A stretch of DNA of 64,000 nucleotides from a virus (IMGVR_UViG_3300050821_004020:9302-73301), one strand, 5' to 3'. Positions 46,494-53,967 are shown, counted from the first letter of the stretch. The notes: a model not told the origin generated them from the letters alone. Numbers and translations are program-made.

Positions 46494-46694
46494 ATGGATC
46501 TTAAGTCGATACCATATTCAATAGCAAAGGTTGCCCGTGATCAAATGGCAGCCGGCACAAAGGCGGCAAAAGGTGGGGATGATGATAAAGCCGCGCCAGA
46601 GCCTGCTAAGAAACAGGAAAATCCTGCGGATAAGTCAACTGATGCTGTTAGTGGTCTAGTTAAGACTGTCGCAAGCCATTTTATGCCGAGTTAA
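46494..46694 (+). CDS. hypothetical protein
   Basis: SD AGGAG. Confidence 0.6.
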   Translation: MDLKSIPYSIAKVARDQMAAGTKAAKGGDDDKAAPEPAKKQENPADKSTDAVSGLVKTVASHFMPS

Positions 46695-46738
46695 AACTCT
46701 AGGGCCCGTTTCCAGGCCCCACAGTTAGGCTAACTCCG

Positions 46739-47179
46739 TTACTTTCGTTTTCGGTCGAGGACGCTGGCAGTTTCCTTGTCAACTACGTACAGATGGCCGG
46801 TCTTGCCGTTTTCACCATTCTGTCCGACGATCAAGCTGAATTTTTCAGTCAGCCCGAGCTTGTGAAACTGATAGCGAATTCTTGCTGTCATTTGTCCGGC
46901 GTCCAACACATTGTTCCACGGGTCAACGGTTGGGATGATGTCGATGTCCACGGCTTCAAAACTGCCGAGACCGGCATTGAGCTTTTCCATTAATGCGGAC
47001 CAGAAGGGGAGCCCCAAAATGAAAGCTTCCCGTCCAGCGCGAACTGGCGACGGAACATCTGTCCTCTTGACGATTTTGATTGCTGGTCCCCGGTCAGTTG
47101 TGTAATCCGGGCCGTATGTTGCGTTGATTTTTGTTGCAGTCGCTGACATTCTTTTCTCCTTTTGTGTTGCGGTTGCCAT
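46739..47179 (-). CDS. hypothetical protein antisense to the tRNA array
   Basis: 146-aa ORF with SD (AAGGAAG or AAGGAG) in a tRNA-free gap. Confidence 0.7.
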   Translation of the reverse strand: MATATQKEKRMSATATKINATYGPDYTTDRGPAIKIVKRTDVPSPVRAGREAFILGLPFWSALMEKLNAGLGSFEAVDIDIIPTVDPWNNVLDAGQMTARIRYQFHKLGLTEKFSLIVGQNGENGKTGHLYVVDKETASVLDRKRK

Positions 47180-47460
47180 TTTGGTTTCTTCCTTTCAGTG
47201 GCTGAGTTGATCTAGTTTATCTGAGTGTTAGAGGAAGCCCTGGGCTTTTTAGACTGCACTCTGGATTAAACGTCCACGGTACTAATTCTGGAGTTTAACC
47301 CAAAGCGGTTCAATACTCCAAACACTGTACGTCGGTTCATAGTACCTCTAGTCCTTAGTTTCTGGCTTTGTACGCTTTCGTACCGGCCATGTGTGTACCG
47401 TACAGAGTATTAGATGCCAAATCTGTGCTAAACAGCACACTTTTGGAATAAAGTTTTCGA

Positions 47461-47534
47461 GCGATGTTGGTATAGTGGTAGAACGACACCTTGCCAAGGT
47501 GTAGGCGCGGTTTCGATTACCGCACGTCGCTCCA
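47461..47534 (+). tRNA. tRNA-Gly(GCC)
   Basis: ACACC-TTGCCAA-GGTGT, TCCA. Confidence 0.9.
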
Positions 47535-47536
47535 GT

Positions 47537-47650
47537 TTGTCCGGTAGCTCAGATGGTTAGAGCGCGATCAGCAAGCCCGCTCATTCAGGTCATTCCTGAA
47601 TTGCAAGGCCCAAGTGGTCGAGGTCACGGGTTCGAATCCCGTCCGGCAAA
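47537..47650 (+). ncRNA. tRNA-like RNA with a 44-nt insertion replacing the anticodon loop, no CCA
   Basis: Canonical D arm TAGCTCAGATGGTTAGAGC, CGATCA/TGGTCG stem, AGGTC, ACGGG-TTCGAAT-CCCGT. Confidence 0.8.
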
Positions 47651-47662
47651 ATTCGGTGGTCT

Positions 47663-47920
47663 ATGACATACGAAGCCCTCGTGATCACGTTGGGGTTTGT
47701 AGTGGACTTGATCGCATTGTATTTTTTGGTCGGTATCTGGCGTGATGACAGGCTCATGCGGATAGCGGCAGAAGAATCCCTTAAGGCTCAGCTTGAGTAT
47801 TTGGGCTTGCGCCGTAAATGGTACGAGCAGCGCTCCGCAGCCAAGAGGAAGAGCGATGTGGGAAGACCAGGAACAGAAGCAGCTGGAACACAGGATGGCG
47901 ATAGTGCGAACGCTGTGTAA
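47663..47920 (+). CDS. small membrane protein
   Basis: N-terminal TM; ORF track. Confidence 0.6.
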   Translation: MTYEALVITLGFVVDLIALYFLVGIWRDDRLMRIAAEESLKAQLEYLGLRRKWYEQRSAAKRKSDVGRPGTEAAGTQDGDSANAV

Positions 47921-47984
47921 CATTGCCGGCGTCATTATAAGCCTCTTCTACGTTCTCTGGCAAATGAAGTTGATACGATTTTAA

Positions 47985-48058
47985 GCGGTGTTGATGTAAC
48001 GGTAGCATCGCAGTTTTCCAAACTGCTCGTCTCGGTTCGAATCCGTGACGCCGCTCCA
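47985..48058 (+). tRNA. tRNA-Gly(TCC)
   Basis: GCAGT-TTTCCAA-ACTGC, TCCA. Confidence 0.9.
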
Positions 48059-48082
48059 GTTTAATCCTCGAAGAGAGGTACG

Positions 48083-48388
48083 ATGCACGAAAGAATAGAG
48101 CGGCTTAGAAATCACGCACATTTTTTGGTCGGATATCGTCAAGAATTAGAGGAGGTACTTATGGCATTCGCAGACAGCATTGCAAAGTTGCAAGCGGACG
48201 TAGCAACACTTATCGCAGAGAACGGTCCCGCAGCGGTAACGGCGGCAGTAACGGCAGCCGTGGCAGCCAAGGACGCGTCAGACGCAGCGGCAGTTGACGC
48301 AGTGGACGCAACGGTAGCAGCAGCTCTGCCGGCAGCACCAGCCCCGGCGGCTCCAGCAGCACCGGCCCCAGCAACACCAGCGGCGTAA
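48083..48388 (+). CDS. Ala/Pro-rich protein (probable start 48161)
   Basis: SD GAGGAGG before MAFADS. Confidence 0.7.
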   Translation: MHERIERLRNHAHFLVGYRQELEEVLMAFADSIAKLQADVATLIAENGPAAVTAAVTAAVAAKDASDAAAVDAVDATVAAALPAAPAPAAPAAPAPATPAA

Positions 48389-48443
48389 GGTTTTTCTAGA
48401 ATACCCGGAGATCCGTGGCGGGTTATCCACGGTCAAAGTTTAT

Positions 48444-48518
48444 ATGAGAGTCGTCTAGAGGCTAGGACGGCGGACTCCAAACCCGCCTACGGTGGTTCGA
48501 CTCCATCCTCTCATGCCA
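48444..48518 (+). tRNA. tRNA-Trp(CCA)
   Basis: Loop CTCCAAA, GCCA. Confidence 0.9.
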
Positions 48519-48620
48519 ATTTAGTGGGGGGCTTATGAAGACTCATAAGTTTTTCACAGCGGTTCTGTATTTTGGTTTGACGATGATGTTGCTCGTGAGC
48601 CGGTATAAGCGATTTAAATT

Positions 48621-48917
48621 ATGACACTACCCTCTTGGTTGAGCTGGCTGACCGACAATTCCTGGATGAACAATCCAGACGTGCTTGCGCAGTTCGGTCA
48701 TGCGGGGATCCCTTATGGCGCCCTGTTGACGATGGATAAGTTTCATTCGCATTTGTTTTACCCAATCGGTCTAGGCGTAATAGCGTACGCCGCAGTTAAA
48801 GAATTTTGGTATGACGCGAACTATGAAACGCCCAAGCAGAGCTTCAAGGACAATATGACGGATTTCAGTTTTTATTGCCTTGGAGTCGGCCTGGCGTTCC
48901 TAGTTCACAATCTCTAA
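48621..48917 (+). CDS. membrane protein
   Basis: Hydrophobic segments; ORF track. Confidence 0.65.
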   Translation: MTLPSWLSWLTDNSWMNNPDVLAQFGHAGIPYGALLTMDKFHSHLFYPIGLGVIAYAAVKEFWYDANYETPKQSFKDNMTDFSFYCLGVGLAFLVHNL

Positions 48918-48925
48918 GTTTCAGT

Positions 48926-49000
48926 GGATCTATCTTTCAATGGATAGGAAGTCCGCCTTCTAAGCGGATAATCCAGGTTCGAGTCCTGGTGGGTCTACCA
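48926..49000 (+). tRNA. tRNA-Arg(TCT)
   Basis: TCCGC-CTTCTAA-GCGGA, CCA. Confidence 0.9.
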
Positions 49001-49004
49001 ATTT

Positions 49005-49080
49005 GGCTCTGTCGTTCAAATGGACAGGACGCGAATTTCCTAAATTCGTCATCGCGGTTCGACTCCGCGTGGGGCCTCCA
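49005..49080 (+). tRNA. tRNA-Arg(CCT)
   Basis: CGAAT-TTCCTAA-ATTCG, CCA. Confidence 0.9.
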
Positions 49081-49126
49081 GTTCTAGCTTAACGCCGAGT
49101 AGGGGACCAATTGGGCGGCGCGTGAC

Positions 49127-49510
49127 TTGCATGGTGCTCTACCACAGAGTGCAAGTGGGTTCAGCCCGATGCACATTCGTGTTCCGCGTTGGCAGTTGTT
49201 GGCTATTCCTTCGTTGGCGTTCGCAGTGGGCTTCACGATGAACGCGTTCGTTATGGCCATGAATAACGGTCAGATGCCTGTGTTGTTCCCGGGCGGAGAC
49301 CAGTCTGGGTATACTCAAGACACCATTCATTGCGCGATGACGATGGCAACGCACTTTAGATTTCTCGCGGATTGGATCAACATTCGCGGAGTTGGTATCG
49401 CCAGTCCCGGCGATTTCTTGGAGTGGTTCTCGGATCAAACAACTTGGCCTGGAATTTGGGCTTGGTTCGCGCTGATAGTCAATGACCACATCAAAAAGGA
49501 AAGGCAATGA
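49127..49510 (+). CDS. DUF5317-like membrane protein
   Basis: MN..VMAMNNGQMPV..FLADWI..ASPGDFL. Confidence 0.7.
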   Translation: MHGALPQSASGFSPMHIRVPRWQLLAIPSLAFAVGFTMNAFVMAMNNGQMPVLFPGGDQSGYTQDTIHCAMTMATHFRFLADWINIRGVGIASPGDFLEWFSDQTTWPGIWAWFALIVNDHIKKERQ

Positions 49511-49947
49511 AAGGTGTAATTTTAGCTGGACTGCTCGCCTTGGTTATGGTAGGCTGTAACATCGTTACGAAGTCAAACGACTACGGCGTATACAATATTG
49601 GGGTTTGTGGTGATGAAGCATTCATGGCGTCGAACGTAGACGTTGAAAAGGACACCTTCACCATTCTCGCGTCAGAGATGGCGCCAGGTCAAGCAAAGGC
49701 GCAAAGCAATAAGCCGATAGTATTTAAGTTTTCCAAGGTCGTAGACGGTAAGCGCGTTTACATTCTGGTCATAAATGGCCATGAAGACGAGATCGCGGTA
49801 ACCGCGCAGAACGGCGTAGTATCAGGAACGTTCTCCGTGAACAATAAAGAGCTGGCGGTCATTCATGGCGCCAAGGGTTCTTTGGATAAGATTGATGAAG
49901 TTGGTCAAGCAGAGGCGCAGTCTTGCTACGACCGAAACAATAGGTAA
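49507..49947 (+). CDS. lipoprotein
   Basis: Signal peptide with lipobox MVGC. Confidence 0.75.
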   Translation: MKGVILAGLLALVMVGCNIVTKSNDYGVYNIGVCGDEAFMASNVDVEKDTFTILASEMAPGQAKAQSNKPIVFKFSKVVDGKRVYILVINGHEDEIAVTAQNGVVSGTFSVNNKELAVIHGAKGSLDKIDEVGQAEAQSCYDRNNR

Positions 49948-49952
49948 GGATT

Positions 49953-50230
49953 TAGGTGGACTGGATCATCGCGGGCGCAAGCCTGAGGAACTTCAGGACA
50001 TCACTATACACAGCACCGTGGAAGTTGCGGGCCGGGTAACCGGACGGGTAAGGCCATCTTGCGGAGAATAGCCAGTCTAATCTACGCACATTCAAGGGTG
50101 GGCACTCCATGCTGGATGCAATCTCAAATAGGGCTGGAGCGCGTATAGCGTTATGATAGCCGGGTTGAGAGCTTAGACGGATGATGGTCGGGTCGCAAGG
50201 CTTACTAAATCCTGGGTATAGGTTCACCTA
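49953..50230 (+). ncRNA. rnpB: RNase P RNA, compact type-A-like, P18 absent and S-domain reduced
   Basis: P1, P2, P3, P4 with bulged U, P5-P9, P15-P17 and P19 all pair; GAGGAA (CR-I), CAA..AAATAG, GGU and ACTAAATCCTGGGTATA (CR-V) sit in register. Confidence 0.85.
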
Positions 50231-50240
50231 ATAATTTTAA

Positions 50241-50326
50241 GGAACGGTGCCGAAACGGTAGCCGGACTGGTTTGCTAAACCAGCGAGTGAAAGCTCGTGG
50301 AGGTTCGAATCCTCCTCGTTCCGCCA
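50241..50326 (+). tRNA. tRNA-Ser(GCT)
   Basis: CTGGT-TTGCTAA-ACCAG, V-arm, GCCA. Confidence 0.9.
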
Positions 50327-50387
50327 TTTGAATTTACGGGAACCCCGAGATAGCTACCCGGGGCCGTGAACCCGGTTGCAAACGGGC

Positions 50388-50465
50388 GACGATGTAGCTC
50401 AGTGGCAGAGCACAACCACTTAAGTGTGATTGAGGCCGTCGGTTCGAATCCGACTATCGTCTACA
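50388..50465 (+). ncRNA. tRNA-like RNA with aberrant 20-nt anticodon arm, no CCA
   Basis: GACGATG/TATCGTC acceptor, canonical D and T arms, 3' end TACA. Confidence 0.7.
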
Positions 50466-50471
50466 AATTTT

Positions 50472-50558
50472 GGATTAATGCGGTCCATGGGGGCCAGCGG
50501 TCTTGAAAACCGTGCCGGGTGTAAGCCCGAGTGGGTTCGATTCCTACTTAATCCGCCA
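50472..50558 (+). tRNA. tRNA-Ser(TGA)
   Basis: GCGGT-CTTGAAA-ACCGT, V-arm, GCCA. Confidence 0.85.
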
Positions 50559-50595
50559 GCCGGTCTCTTACGGGTAAAGCCGGGAGCCGGCGCCA
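50559..50595 (+). ncRNA. minihelix ending in G-CCA
   Basis: GCCGG-T-CTCT/GGAG-CCGGC plus CGG/CCG, then GCCA. Confidence 0.5.
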
Positions 50596-50600
50596 AGTTT

Positions 50601-50676
50601 CTCTGAGTGGCCAAGTGTTAAAGGCAGAGATCTGCAAAATCTCAAATCGTGGGTTAAAATCCCACCTCGGAGTCCA
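50601..50676 (+). tRNA. tRNA-Cys(GCA)
   Basis: GAGAT-CTGCAAA-ATCTC, U73-CCA. Confidence 0.9.
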
Positions 50677-50677
50677 T

Positions 50678-50753
50678 TGAGATGTCGTCCAACCCGGCAG
50701 GACAACGGTCTTTGAAACCGTGAATTCTGGTTCGAATCCAGACGCCTCATCCA
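50678..50753 (+). tRNA. tRNA-Gln(TTG)
   Basis: ACGGT-CTTTGAA-ACCGT, CCA. Confidence 0.9.
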
Positions 50754-50760
50754 AATTTAT

Positions 50761-50835
50761 TGCGATGTCATTCAATCGGTAGGATGACGCTCTCTGAAAG
50801 CGTTCATAGTGGTTCGAGTCCACTCGCCGCAACCA
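50761..50835 (+). tRNA. tRNA-Gln(CTG)
   Basis: ACGCT-CTCTGAA-AGCGT, CCA. Confidence 0.9.
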
Positions 50836-50842
50836 ATTTAAT

Positions 50843-50921
50843 CGGAAAATAGGGGAGCCTGGCTTATCCCGCTCGCTTTGGAAGCGAGAGCACGTTGGTT
50901 CGAATCCAACTTTTCCGACCA
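50843..50921 (+). tRNA. tRNA-Pro(TGG)
   Basis: CTCGC-TTTGGAA-GCGAG, CCA. Confidence 0.9.
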
Positions 50922-50922
50922 T

Positions 50923-51001
50923 CGAGAAATAGGAGAGTCTGGCTTATTCCGCCCGGTTCGGAACCGGGAGCACGTTGGTTCAAATCCAACTTTCTCGACC
51001 A
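50923..51001 (+). tRNA. tRNA-Pro(CGG)
   Basis: CCCGG-TTCGGAA-CCGGG, CCA. Confidence 0.9.
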
Positions 51002-51018
51002 TTCTTGAACGCAGTACC

Positions 51019-51054
51019 GCCCCACCGGCGTATGTCTGGTGGGGCTTTCTTTTT
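51019..51054 (+). terminator. intrinsic terminator ending the tRNA array
   Basis: GCCCCACCGG-loop-CTGGTGGGGC followed by TTTCTTTTT. Confidence 0.8.
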
Positions 51055-51069
51055 AGGAGCAACAAGAAC

Positions 51070-51462
51070 ATGGCAACTCCAACAGCTTTGATTCAGCAGA
51101 AGACTGGCGCAGTTGTGGCCGGCGCATCCGTCCCGCAAGCCTGGCCAAACGCGTCCACTAACGCGCAGAATTTAGATTTGATTCAGATTATAGATATCGG
51201 CGGCAGCATCGTGCTCAACGTTGATTATCTTGGCACAGTACATAATCCGGCGGTCAATCCAACTACGAGCGGAGGCGGCGGTACAGGTCAAGTCCGCATC
51301 GCTCAGTATCTCACTAGGTTAGCATCAGGCTCAACTACAGCAGCCTTCTTTGCAGACGCATTTGAAAATCTCGCCCAGCTCGATATTCTTCAAGTAATAT
51401 CCCCTACCGGTGGTAACGTAACTTATTCCCTCAATTATTTAGGTGTGGCTAGCGGCTCATAA
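51070..51462 (+). CDS. hypothetical (virion?) protein with internal duplication
   Basis: SD AGGAG; QNLDLIQII..YLG repeated as AQLDILQVI..YLG. Confidence 0.7.
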   Translation: MATPTALIQQKTGAVVAGASVPQAWPNASTNAQNLDLIQIIDIGGSIVLNVDYLGTVHNPAVNPTTSGGGGTGQVRIAQYLTRLASGSTTAAFFADAFENLAQLDILQVISPTGGNVTYSLNYLGVASGS

Positions 51463-51633
51463 GCTGCGAATAGCTTTTAGCGCGTACATCCCCGCGCAGT
51501 TGTGGGTTTGTCCATGGCGTTCTTGTTCAAAGCGTATCGATGGTGCCCAATCTGTAGAACATGGTTGGAGAAAACGGACCCCATATCAGAAGTTATTTGC
51601 CCTAAATGTAAATGGGTTTGGAAATGAGGATTC

Positions 51634-52332
51634 ATGAGTCAAGCAGAGCGAGAAGCTGCTCGTCAAGAGAACGCTAGCAAAAGTATTCTAGAACGTATTG
51701 CTGCGCTTGAGGCAGTTAATAATTCTCGCCGTGGACCGGAAGGCCCCAGAGGGCCGCAAGGCTTGTCAGGAAGAGACTCTGTTATTCCAGGACCTCCAGG
51801 TCCGGCAGGCCCGCAGGGAAATCCGGGGCGTGACGGAGTAGACGGAAAAGACTCAATTGTTCCAGGACCAGCAGGCCGCGATGGTGTAGACGGAAAAGAT
51901 TCAGTTGTTCCCGGGCCAGCGGGTCCGCAAGGTCCGCAGGGAAATGATTCAACTATCCCAGGGCCGGCAGGTCGTGACGGGATAGACGGAAAAGATTCGA
52001 GTATTCCAGGACCGGCAGGTCCGCAAGGTTCGCCAGGTGATCCGGGGGCAGCTGGACGCGACGGAAAGGATTCTACCGTTCCAGGTCCTGCGGGACGAGA
52101 CGGAAAGGACGGGAAAGATTCTATTGTTCCGGGACCGCAAGGGCTACAAGGAATTCCGGGACGTGACGGAAAGGACGGAAAAGATTCTACTGTCCCAGGG
52201 CCAGCAGGCCCAGCGGGCCCAGCCGGCGCTCCCGGCCAGGACGCGGACGTAACGGCTCTCATGGGCCAGATGGAGATTGTTCTAAGAAGACTTTGGAAGG
52301 CGGATATTCAAGCAGCCCTCAGAGCTAAGTAG
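51634..52332 (+). CDS. collagen-like (Gly-X-Y) protein
   Basis: Long GPAGRDGxDGKDSxxPGP repeats. Confidence 0.9.
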   Translation: MSQAEREAARQENASKSILERIAALEAVNNSRRGPEGPRGPQGLSGRDSVIPGPPGPAGPQGNPGRDGVDGKDSIVPGPAGRDGVDGKDSVVPGPAGPQGPQGNDSTIPGPAGRDGIDGKDSSIPGPAGPQGSPGDPGAAGRDGKDSTVPGPAGRDGKDGKDSIVPGPQGLQGIPGRDGKDGKDSTVPGPAGPAGPAGAPGQDADVTALMGQMEIVLRRLWKADIQAALRAK

Positions 52333-52338
52333 GGATAG

Positions 52339-53967
52339 ATGTCAAAGACTCTTAACAGTTCTGCTCCGACGACAGCGGAACTCGTTGGGGGTGTTTACAA
52401 CGCCGGGGCCGTTGCTCCGGTTGATGGACAGGCTCTTCCGCTTCAGCTGGACAGCGCAGGAAATTTAAAAGTTAACATCATCACCGGTGGCGGTGGGGGC
52501 TCGTCCAATATTAATATTGCGAACGTAGCCGGCTCCCCTCCTGCGATCACGAACCCGCTCCCAGTCGAGCTATCAGACGGCACCAACCCGCTTGGCACTA
52601 TTACCAATCCGCTTTATGCCAGCTTTAGCGGTTCAGCGGGTAACGCGGCTGCCGGACCAACAGGTTCAGCGGTTCCTAATTCCGCAGACTATCTTGGATT
52701 CAACGTAGCCGGCAATTTGGTCGGGGTTAGTTCAGTTAACGCTCTTCCAGTAACCGGAACCATAACAGCGGTTACGAGCATCACGAATCCCGTAGCTGTC
52801 ACTGGAACATTCTTCCAGGCTACACAACCAGTTTCCGGAACAGTTTCAATTTCCGGCACGGTTGGCGTCACGCAGTCTACATCTCCGTGGGTTGTCTCGC
52901 TTACTTCAACCACGATTACCGGGACCGTAGCAGTTACTCAGTCCACGTCTCCCTGGGTTGTATCTAACTCCGGAACGTTTGCCGTTCAAGCTTCTATCAC
53001 GACCCTTGGACAGCAATTGGCGGCAGCGTCTGTCCCAGTTGTACTGACGGCAGCTCAGCTTTCAACGCTGACACCTCTTTCAACGGTTGCTGTAACCCAG
53101 TCTACCAGTCCTTGGGTTGTCTCGCTAACGTCTACGACGATTACCGGTGAAGTCACGGTCAATCTCAACCAGGTTGGCGGTGTGGCATTTGCTCTTGGCC
53201 AGCAGTTAGCGGCGTCCAGTTTGCCAGTGGTTCTAACGGCGTCTCAGTTATCAACGCTAACCCCGCTGACCTCTGTTGCTGTTACCAATACGGGAACATT
53301 CGCGGTTCAAGCGTCTATTTCGACTCTCGGCCAACAGCTGGCCGCAGCATCCGTACCGGTTGTTCTGACAGCGGCTCAGCTATCAACACTGACCCCGTTA
53401 ACGACCGTTGCTGTTACGCAGTCAACGTCTCCATGGGTAGAGAATCTTAATCAAGTTGGCGGGGCTGCATTCGCCCTTGGCCAGCAGCTGGCAGCATCCA
53501 GTTTGCCGGTTGTCCTGACGGCGTCTCAGATATCAACGTTAACTCCGTTGACGTCCGTTGCAGTTACGAACGTAGGCACATTCGCGGTTCAGTCCGCGTC
53601 AACAGATAATCTTACCCAAGTGGGCGGAGCGGCATTTGCTCTTGGCCAACAATTGGCAGCAGCGTCTTTGCCGGTCGTATTGACAGCGTCTCAGCTTTCT
53701 ACGTTAACTCCGTTGACGACAGTGGCGGTTACCCAGAGTACAAACCCTTGGGCGATAAGTGCAGCGTCACTGCCGCTTCCAACAGGCGCGTCAACTGACG
53801 CAAATCTAGTTTCGGGCAACGACCTCGCTCAACAGACAATGCTAATTTTGGAGTGTATGAGACGTGCTCTTATTGCTCTAGCTTGCGAGGGCGGGCGTAA
53901 TAATCCGAGAGATTTCGATCCTACCATAGTTTCACAGGAAGAGGGCGTTGATGATTACGCCGACTAA
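52339..53967 (+). CDS. repeat-rich putative virion fibre or decoration protein
   Basis: Five LGQQLAAxSxPVVLTAxQxSTLTPL units plus VTQSTSPW repeats. Confidence 0.8.
   Translation: MSKTLNSSAPTTAELVGGVYNAGAVAPVDGQALPLQLDSAGNLKVNIITGGGGGSSNINIANVAGSPPAITNPLPVELSDGTNPLGTITNPLYASFSGSAGNAAAGPTGSAVPNSADYLGFNVAGNLVGVSSVNALPVTGTITAVTSITNPVAVTGTFFQATQPVSGTVSISGTVGVTQSTSPWVVSLTSTTITGTVAVTQSTSPWVVSNSGTFAVQASITTLGQQLAAASVPVVLTAAQLSTLTPLSTVAVTQSTSPWVVSLTSTTITGEVTVNLNQVGGVAFALGQQLAASSLPVVLTASQLSTLTPLTSVAVTNTGTFAVQASISTLGQQLAAASVPVVLTAAQLSTLTPLTTVAVTQSTSPWVENLNQVGGAAFALGQQLAASSLPVVLTASQISTLTPLTSVAVTNVGTFAVQSASTDNLTQVGGAAFALGQQLAAASLPVVLTASQLSTLTPLTTVAVTQSTNPWAISAASLPLPTGASTDANLVSGNDLAQQTMLILECMRRALIALACEGGRNNPRDFDPTIVSQEEGVDDYAD

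Noticed and set aside
47225-47250. AGGGCTTCCTCTAA resembling the RNA motif upstream of the TROVE-TerD gene
   Set aside because: The flanking stems are missing, and the match is explained by a local AAGCCC/GGGCTT palindrome
47571-47614. Conventional tRNA intron (group I or archaeal BHB)
   Set aside because: Too short for group I, the bulges are 9-10 nt rather than 3, and no splice yields a U33 anticodon loop; kept as an unexplained insert
49959-50077. Stand-alone 120-nt RNA closed by GGACTGG/CCAGTCT
   Set aside because: This was my first fold; it is superseded by the RNase P model, which explains the full 278 nt with conserved motifs in register
50337-50376. GC-rich hairpin between tRNA-Ser and the tRNA-like RNA
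   Set aside because: A single hairpin with no further features; probably a spacer structure
43068-51001. Theta/HDV-like ribozymes at tRNA 3' ends
   Set aside because: The tRNAs end in encoded CCA followed by short A/T spacers, and no nested double pseudoknot was found by eye
51663-52262. 199-aa minus-strand Pro/Gly ORF
   Set aside because: It is the antisense mirror of the collagen repeat
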